Assembly: GCF_009914755.1 (NCBI RefSeq)
Contig: NC_060938.1
Reading direction: 5' to 3' (one strand)
Source: the human T2T-CHM13v2.0 reference genome, Homo sapiens
DNA length: 64,000 bases
In this document: positions 1 to 9,207 of the stretch, piece after piece
How positions within the stretch are numbered: the first letter of the stretch is position 1
Layout: each line of letters begins with the position of its first letter
The notes under the pieces: model-generated
Told to the model about the DNA's origin: nothing
Database searches by the model: none
Seen by the model: only the letters and a program-made list of their open reading frames with translations
Translations under genes and position numbers: made by a program

Positions 1-3000
1 AGCAGCTCCTGCCCTCCACCCTCTACTGAAGGCTCAGCTCCTGTCCTGCAGCCCACAGCTAATGCTCCCTCTCTCGGACCCTTCAACCCTGCCACTGTAT
101 GGAAAGGCACGCTGAGGTCTTGAATAAAAAACTCAACATCATCAAGATATCAATTTACCCTAAATCAATATATATTCCCTCCTTAAACTCCACAGCCACC
201 CCTTTTGAGTTTTTCTCTGCTTCCTGCCCAGGACCTTGGCAACACCGGTGGCCTATCAGGCCTGTGAAGTGGCCCCTGCCTGCCCTCCTATCACCACCAC
301 CAACCCTGCACTCTGACTCAAACATGCTTATCCCCTGAACTGAGAGCTGCAGTTTATGTTACAAACTTTATAGTTCCCAGCAAATCTTCATAGCAAATTT
401 GTCATAATTTGCTATGCACGTGTGTCTATGCACATAGACACGTGTGGGATTATTTGATCTACCTCTGTCTCACTAGACTGTAAGATTCTCTGGTTGATCT
501 ACTTTCCCAAGTCTGAAGGCCAAAGGGTTTGGAGGCAAAATGCTCCCAGAGACTCGGCTGCTACTAGCCTCCTTGTCACTCTGTCTCAGTGACATGTTAT
601 AAAGGGAAAATGGAAAATTGCTACAGATGCTCTGAAAACACCACCCTTGGCACCTCCTCAGCCAAGAAGCATGTGGGGGACACATGGGGCAGGGAGAATG
701 GGTGCTGGCTTTTCCTGAGAGCCATAAACACAGACAAGGCCTGGGGTCAGAGCTTGCCCTTGGGAACAAATCCCACAGAAATGTCCCAAAGATGGAGGAG
801 GCTATTAACGTGGTTCACTCAGACTGCACTGCCCGGGGAGAGAACAGAGTCTTATTATTAACCTCAGTGTATTAATATTTGATAAAGCATCTTCACAATG
901 ATAGATAGCAGTCACCCATAGAAGGGAAGCAGCCTTGGTTCTGTAAAGAGTTCTGAGAGAGGAAGAATAGCTTTTATCAAGAGTGGTAAGGGGACAATGG
1001 AAGGCATTATGTCCTGGGCAGGGGAAACCTGCCCCGGGCCACACAGTGCAGGGGCATGCTGACATCTCTTGCAGGTTTATCTGCACAGGTAGCTGGCAGG
1101 TTTATCTACACTGTGTCCTGCCTGGGGGCAGGGGGACAATCTCACCATGGCTGACCTCCCAGAGAAAGCTGCTGATCCAATTTTTTTCCCTCTGACATTA
1201 AAATGGTTGCTGACAATGATAGATATTTCTGTGGATAGTATATTTTCCCAATATGTAGTCTCTAAATAAAACCCCATTTTATGTTTTGAAATCTGAGAAG
1301 CAAAAACATTACAAACCTCCCATTAATGACACCACCATCTTTGTTGGTTACGGGTACCTGGAGACAGACATGGGGGGAACATGGACAACTGGTGCCTTGT
1401 TCTCCAGCAGCTGCACCTGAATCTGTCAACTTAACAAAGAAGCTACTGATGCCCGTCCACGGGGGTGAGGCCCTGCTCCCTGAGAAATCACTTGCCCTCT
1501 GGACACAAAGCCCTCCTAGGCAACTGGGGCACCTGAGATCAGCATCCTCCTGTACATAAGGGAAAAGGGGCCTGAGGGAGAGGCCAAACATGTCCTGAGG
1601 ACACTCTCAGGGCCCTTCAGCAGCAGAGTCAGGAAGAGGTCTGTACCACCCTCCCTGGGGAGTTCCTGGCAGCCAAGGAGGTGGGCGGGGAGCAGCAGCA
1701 TCCGAGGAATGTCTGCCAGCCACAGAACTTAACCTCGGGACCTGCATGCAGTGGGTCCTGAAGACAGTTAAGGCTCAGAGTGGCAGCAACTATGTGCTTC
1801 AGAGTGCAGGGACACAGGCTGTAGTGCACCTGCTGTCCCACAGCAGTCTTGGAATTGTCCTCAACCAACCTCACCCCTCAGCCTCATCTCACTTCCAGAA
1901 AGAAGGCTACAAAGAGACAATGCAGGAAGGAAGGTCATCTCTAGCTTGCAGCACCACTTGGATTTGAATGCAAAGGCAAAACCTGAGTGGGCAACACAAT
2001 TCTGTGCACCTGGTTTTAAAATGAGAGGCCCTATTTAGTCTATCCTTTGGTGATTGCTCCACAGGCCAAAGAACAGGAGGAAGACTGAGAAAGAACGTGA
2101 AGGCCATCTCTTTCCCACAGGCCCTTCGCAGGAGGCTCCGGACTGCTCCCTGCACTGCGAGATGCCTCTGTGAGCCGAGGAGCTGTAAAACACGCAGCGG
2201 GCGGCACATGGGATGCCGGATGCCAAGCTGTGTGCATGGGTAAGGCAGGGGAGTGGAAGGAGGGAGGGGAGGGAAGAGAGAAAGGGGAATGAGGCTCATG
2301 CACAGGGCTTCTCTTTTTGGGGCATCTTTCTGTGGGGTTCCTCCACTCCCTGCTCTCCCTTCTGGGCCACATCTACCCTGAGGCAGCATCCTCACTGGAG
2401 TCACTGGAGTCTGTACCCAGGTGCAGGGAAGGGGAGGAGTGTGCAGGCAGGCAGATGCCTCCTCTGGGGTGAGGAGAGGGAGACAGAGGATGGGCATTCT
2501 GACTGGTAAGTTCCCTGCAGCCTGCAGTGTTTCATTCTTCATCCAGACGGCCACAAATGCTCATCTGGCAGCTCCCAGTATGAAAAGGGGAAGGAGAAGA
2601 AATGGGGCTGTGTGACAATTAGGGGGACTCTAGGAGATGGGGGGAGCCTTTCTATTGAAACATGAAGGCTGGAACCTTTTGGAAGGATAGGAACTTGGGC
2701 TTTTCAGCTGCTGCTCTTCCTGTAATCCCTGAAAACAGGTCCAGAAAGTAGGAAGGTGCCAGAGGCAGTCATCAAAAGAGAGAAGCATGGTCTCCAGTCC
2801 AGGAAGAAGCCTCAGGGCTACCTGCTACTTAACCTCATGACAGGCGGCCAGCTTAGAGACTGATGTTAAAACGCTAAAATCTGCTCAGGGATCTACAGGG
2901 CAAATATTCCTGCTGGGATCCCAGCCCTCCCCTTGGCATTGCCAAGGTCAAATCCACCCCCTTACAGGAGCCTTCTGCAACATTTTCCTACCCTTCTTCC

Positions 3001-4534
3001 TTTTCACTTTAGTTAGGCTGACTCCCAGTTTCATAAAGAAAGTCATTCATTCTGGAGAGAGGTCAGGTTTTTATGTACTAGGACAGATGAGCCAGATGGC
3101 TTGTTTCTTTAGGTCCAGGAAGGAAGACCTGGGAGTGGTATGAAAGGCAGAACAGGGAGTATTTCCTTTGGAGTTGAGAGGAATTTTACTTAAGAAGCAG
3201 AAAAGATCACATCCAGTCACCCCAATTCAGGTCTTCCAACCATAGGTCATTAAATGGAGATGGACCTAGAGAAACTGTCTCATCTGGAAAAGCATTTGAC
3301 AAGACCCATCATCCTTACGTTTCTTGGGCCTCCCATGTCACCCAGCCAGATGGCGGAGACACAGCCAGGGTCGTGGACTGGATAGTCTTATGGAGAGAGA
3401 GAGACCTGCATGGCATGGGGCTTCATCTCATGGGCATCAGGTCTGGGGGAAGGGGAAAGAGCCCAGAGCTCCAAGCACAAACATTAGCCTGGTTTCCTTG
3501 GTCCCTGGCTTTTCCTTCCAACTCAGAACTTCCAAGGCAAAGGAGGGTGGGGGTTAAGAAGGAAGAAACAGGTCCTGGAACAGGCCAAGGTACAACAGGC
3601 AAGGAAAAAGACCAAGCTCATGATCTTGAATGTCTGAAGTTGGGAAAAGAGAAAGGACAGAAAACACCGATGGGAAATTTTCTTAGTACTAACATTATCT
3701 AACATTCACCTAGCATTTTATTATAAATAAAAACTTCCGTAAACTTTATCTTATTTGCTCTTCACAACAACCTTGAGAAAATACTATCATCCCCATTTTA
3801 TAAAAATGGAAAAGGAGTCAGTGATCCTCCACTGCGGTGGCATTAGAGGCAGAATCAGGACTTGAATCTGGATCTTGTGACATGTTCCTCCTCACCCCAG
3901 GACCTTCAGTTTCAGAAGAAGACGCCAGGCCAGTCTCCCCAACCTTGCCACATATACCTATGAAGTAGATCACTGCTATCTTATAAGCAACTCAGGGCTG
4001 AATCCCCTCCTTGCCTTAATATTCCTGTGAGTGGGAGAGTGGCTGAGAGCTCCTTCTCCCTAATGTTTCTTTTGAAAGACACCCCTGCCTAGGCTGCTAA
4101 GGTGGCCCCAACAACAGTACTGAAGGGAAAAAAAGTCAAGACGTTGAGACTAGGAAGGCTGACATGCTCCCTTTCTCCATTCTGCCTACCCAGCAGAATG
4201 GGCACATCTGGCCACCCTATTTAGACCTTTCCAAAGCTTTAGCTCAAGCCCAGGTCACTTAGAGTGGACTCTCAGGAGAAGGAAGCCAGTAAACCACTTA
4301 GGTTGTTTGTTCTTGAAAATCTTGAAAGGACCTCAAACTTGCATATTTACTTGTTGGCCAGATGTTCTGAATAGTTAAGGCCCAGGCATACAATTCTATG
4401 CTCTGTGGCTTTTCCTCTCCCTGGGGGGCATTCAGATTCTCTGGTAAGTCAGATGCATGCTCCTGGTGAGGAGGAGGCTCAACTAGGCACAGCCAAGGTC
4501 AGCAAAGGCTCTTTCCTGATCAACCTAGGACTGA

Positions 4535-4828
<294 letters not shown>

Positions 4829-6121
4829 TTTGTGCTCGGCTCATTAACCTGTCTCCACCAACTTCCCAAGCAGCTCATCAGACGTGGTGACAACACACAC
4901 AGGCCAACTGGAGAAACCCGGGGCCCTTCTGCCTGCCAGAATCACACACACCCTTCAATTCCCAGCTCAAAGGCTGCCTCCTCCATGAACTGTTCCCCGA
5001 TTTTCCTTGCATCTCTTCCTTGGCTCTCTCATTGCTGTTTAATTTATGTGCCCATCCTACAGTTCTTCTCTAATTCCACTCATGCTAATTAATTGTGAAC
5101 ATAGTTCATTTTTCCCTAATAGATTTTGAACTCCTGAGAGACAGACACTATACTGAATTCATCTCTGTGGTTCCCCTCTCCCCTTTCATGGTTGGCCAGG
5201 GGTTTAGCTTTAAACATAGTAGGAGTACAACAAGCAACTGTTAAAATAGAATTTACCTTGGTTTCTTAAAAAAGATAAAAGAATCTCTGCACAAAGGCCA
5301 GTCCCCACTCTTACCTTGCTTTGGCAAATCTTACGGAATATGGTACCCCTCTCCCTCCACCTGGATCGCCAGGGTCATTGCAGCTAGATCCAGCCAGCAC
5401 AGAGATATAAGAAGGTAAAACCAGACTGACGACAAAGCCAATGGTTCCAAGTTTGGTTGGCTTAAATTAACATACACAAAAGCAATGGGTCACCGTTATG
5501 GTCCGTCCCCAAGGGAAACCAAGGGAGAATTTTGTGGGGTCAAGGAGGGTGAGAAGGAGATAAAGAAAGAAGAAAGAGAGTTTCCTGTAAAGAGCAAGGA
5601 CACCAGGGGTAATGACTGAGACCCAAGTGGATTCCTTGTCATGACAAGGGAGATGAGACACCGCAGCATTCCTTTCCCGGCATGAGAAGCCCAGACACTC
5701 CCAAGATGTGAGGTCATTATGGTCCCAGAGGGGTCCAGGGCCCTGCTCAGGCTTCAAGGTCTGCCAGGGACTGTGGTATCTGGGAGCTGAGTACAGGGAG
5801 GGAGTGGGGAAGAGGATTACTACAACCTTCAATTTGGGCCATAAGGTATGGGGGCAGCGGGAGAATCACTCCAGAAAGTGTTTATGGGGAAGGTTGTACT
5901 CTTCTTAGGAGGTGGAAGACGGCAACAGTCAATGATAGGGAAACAGGTCCAGTGTGGGCTGCTGACTGGTGGATCAGGTGAAGGAACCCACCTTCCACAC
6001 ATACACACACAACCCCATGTAACTCAAACTTTCTTATTGGCCGAAGACTTAAGGTCGGAATATACTTACCCTGGGTCAAGTTCAGGGAGGCAATAGTCAC
6101 AGGAGTTGGGGAAAAAAAAAA

Positions 6122-6203
6122 AATCCCAAGAATCAGATATCAGCCAACAGGGGGAGGAGAAGTCATTTCTACTAGAGATTTAAGATATTCTCCACCCCCA
6201 CCT

Positions 6204-6277
<74 letters not shown>

Positions 6278-6369
6278 CAAGAGAGAGAGAGGGTGGGGGT
6301 GGAGAATATCTTAAATCTCTAGTAGAAATGGCTTCTCCTCCCTCTGCTGGCTGAGGTCTGGTTCTTGGG

Positions 6370-6372
<3 letters not shown>
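6122..6372. repeat. Long inverted repeat (~81-bp unique arms plus CT/GA tract) around a microsatellite
   Basis: 6122-6202 is the reverse complement of 6292-6372 with ~6 mismatches. Confidence 0.95.
6205..6274 (+). repeat. Compound microsatellite (CT)11(CA)24
   Basis: Direct reading. Confidence 0.95.

Positions 6373-6416
<44 letters not shown>
6373..6416 (+). repeat. (CA)22 microsatellite
   Basis: Direct reading. Confidence 0.95.
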
Positions 6417-6419
<3 letters not shown>

Positions 6420-6960
6420 AGATCTATTATGAACCTGCTAAGCAAAAATCTAATTCCAGTTTAAGGATGAAAGGTTTCATCAAGAAAATCCTTCCTGAGG
6501 CAGTGGGGAGGATGTTATCTGTTCTCGATTTCCTATCCAATCACTCCTTTTGGGACTACAGAGAGGACTATGGTAATTCCTCTCTCTAGGCCCAGGCAGG
6601 AAATCGGGGTTAACCAGGAGGCCCTGTGAACCTGCGCCCGGCTGTCCAGCCCTCAGACACTGCTTTGCCCAGACTCTCGTACTTCTCACTTGGCCGCAGG
6701 TCACTCAGGACAGAGGCAGAGGGCAGGCCCCACCTGGTCCCAGCTCCAGCACCTCCTTGCTTCTCAGAGGCCTTGGGGGCAGAGGCTGCCTGAGCTCCCT
6801 CCCAAGGGGACCCCCACCTCCCTGAGCCCGACAAACACGTCTCCATCACTGCCATGCCAGGGCTCACCCAACACACACAGAGGATTCACACTAGGTGGGG
6901 AGGGCTGTGAACCTTGTGACTGTGAGAATGCCCTCCAACCCTTGTGGCCCCAAACAGTAC

Positions 6961-7108
6961 CTGCCAAGGCCTTTATCCGGGACCTCTCAAAGAGCCTGGC
7001 TGAGCTGTTGTCATTATCCAGCTCGTCGTCTGGGGCGTCCCAGCGGGCATTGATCCTGCTGTAAGGTGGCTGGTTGCCCACATTTTCAAACTCTGTGGCC
7101 GATGTCAT
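6961..7108 (-). CDS. SPTB: Spectrin beta, erythrocytic: first coding exon (exon 2), codons 1-49 plus 1 nt
   Basis: Translation [49 protein letters not shown] matches the N-terminus of human beta-I spectrin as I recall it. ATG at 7108 has in-frame stops (TGA, TAA) upstream. The exon ends at donor CAG|GTACTG (GT at 6960-6959), 148 coding nt, phase 1. Confidence 0.98.
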
Positions 7109-7149
7109 GTCAGCAGGCTCTTAGCAGCTCCGCCTGCCTCAGTCTTCAT
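7105..7149 (-). other. Upstream [17 protein letters not shown], stop overlapping the main ATG
   Basis: ATG AAG ACT GAG GCA GGC GGA GCT GCT AAG AGC CTG CTG ACA TGA; the TGA uses bases 2-4 of the SPTB CDS. The sequence is directly read; translation is untested. Confidence 0.6.
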
Positions 7150-7159
7150 GGAAGGATCC
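7109..7159 (-). other. SPTB: SPTB exon 2 5'UTR portion (51 nt)
   Basis: Acceptor ctgtcccccAG|GGATCC (AG at 7161-7160 on minus), 51 nt upstream of the ATG. Confidence 0.92.
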
Positions 7160-9025
7160 CTGGGGGACAGCAACACAGTCAGAGGGTTATCTCTCTACCC
7201 CCTCGGACTTTTTCTCCGGGGAAACTTATTCGGAGCATCCAACGTGAGTAGATCCTGACAGAAGCAGAACGCCGTGTCATCTGCCTGGGCGTGCTTCCTA
7301 CCAGGGTCTCTGGGTCGTTTGTTATAAAATATTGCAGCAGCAGCAGCAGCAACAGTACCGGCAGCAGTGGCAGGGATGGAGAGCTGCACGTAGCAAGGGT
7401 CAGGACGGCCAGCAGGTGGAGACGTCAGTCGCAGCCAGCTGCTTCCTCCAGACCAGCCGCCCCGCCGCGGGGAGCACCCCGGGAGAGAGGAAGCTCTCCT
7501 GGGAGCCAGAGGCAGCAGGGCACAAGCTGGGGAAAGCAACCCTCACCCTGAGGACTAGGCCAGGACCTAACCTGGTGGGGGAGATGGGGACAGGCCAGGG
7601 GAAGGGAGAGGCTGGAAACAGGCTGAGTCTGACCCATATGGGAACCATGGGGAGAGATGGATGAGAGAGTTAAGCCGCCACTGACGCCACCAGCCCGGGG
7701 CAGCTGCACTGGGGGGACTTCACTCCTCCCGGAGGCTTTCTGAGAGCCCTCTGAGTTCCTTCCCAGCAGTTGGTATTCAGAAAGCTGACCTCGCATTTTA
7801 GGGCTTCTTTGGAGCATGACCAGGTGCTCAGATGAGGTCTCCTGTTGAATTCCAGGACAGACTGAGCAACCCAAAGGAGCCTGCTGTCCCATCAAGCACG
7901 TGGCAGTCGGGGCATCCCATGGACAATGGAACCGTGCATTGTGAGTCCATGTGATGAACCAGCGCATCAGGAGCACTGGGTCCTCCCTCACCCGTCATCA
8001 GTCATTCCTACTCACTCATTCATTCATTTACAGTTAATTCAAATATGTACCAAGCTCCAACTAGGTGGCAGGCACTGTACTAGGCAGGGGCAAGTAAGAC
8101 AGGAAAGTCATGTCCTCACAGAGCTTGGAATCTGGTGGCAGAGACACACAATTAAACAAGCAACTACAAGAAGGTGTGATGTGTGTCATGGCTGGCTTAG
8201 GTGGGGACTCGGCGGGGACTGGTATCAGGGAGGGGAAGTTGAAGCTTATTCCTAAAGGAAGCTTGGAGGTACCCATGAAGGGACAGGTGGGAAAGGACAA
8301 GAGTCCAAGCAAAGGGAATAAAGAGTAGGTGTAAAGTCCTGAAGGTAAGAAAGAACACAGAAAGCTTTGAGAACTTTAAGAAGTAACGGGAAGGCAGGGG
8401 TGGAGTCAGGGGAGAAAAGTGAGGAGGGGGCCAGGGGAGCCAGGCTTGGTCTTCAATGCCCTGGACCCTAGGAAAACTATTAGCTTTCTTCATCTGTACC
8501 TGACATTTGGTCCTCTTTCTAGGGATCTTAAGGGACTCCAAGATCAAGTCTGTAAGAGAATAGGGGACCCAGAGCCTTCACAACCAAGAGAGCAAAGCGG
8601 GAGGCAGGGAGGCTGTGAGGCAGACCTGTGATGGGGGTTGACAGCCAGTGAGCTGTGAGGGAGACCACTCCCTCTGTGGGTGTGTGCACCCACGGCACAC
8701 ACACAGGCTCATATCTGACACACTGACACACACCAGCACACACATGCACATCCACCAGGCACATGATCACGGAGGCACTGAAGCACATTCACCAGCCCAA
8801 GTGTGAGATGGCAGCAGGGCTACAGCCTTATTTTTCAGATACAGACTCACTTCAGACTGCATTTTCCCCAACCTGATGAATCCATCCCACCACATCCTTG
8901 TGAGGTAAGATAGGAGCCAGGATTACCCACCCTAATTGCCTTGGGAGAAAAACCAAGGCCTGCTGCAGGAGGAGGCCTCCCCAGGGTCATCCGGTGGAAT
9001 GACTGCGGCTGGGACCAAAGGCCAA

Positions 9026-9207
9026 ACTGGAGCGCAGTTTATCCCCCTTGACCAGACGGGTTTCAGGAGGGCAGGTGGGGAAAGGACTGGAGCACAGTTT
9101 ATCCCCCTTGATCGGACAGGTTTCAGGAGGGCAGCTGGGGAAAGGACTGGAGCACAGTTTGTTCCCCTCAATCAGAAGGGTTTCAGGAGGGCAGGTGGGG
9201 AAAGGAC
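9026..9207 (+). repeat. 60-bp minisatellite, 3 copies
   Basis: Unit ACTGGAGC(A/G)CAGTTT(A/G)T...GGTTTCAGGAGGGCAG(G/C)TGGGGAAAGG repeats at 9026, 9086 and 9146. Confidence 0.95.

Noticed and set aside
6764-6960. Continuation of the 114-aa ORF past KALA
   Set aside because: Read-through into intron 2; spectrin similarity stops at the GT donor.
7332-7664. PolyQ-starting ORF
   Set aside because: TTG start with a short (CAG)5 run, antisense, no supporting gene structure.
9026-9207. CRISPR-like array
   Set aside because: Head-to-tail repeats without unique spacers, in primate DNA with no cas genes.
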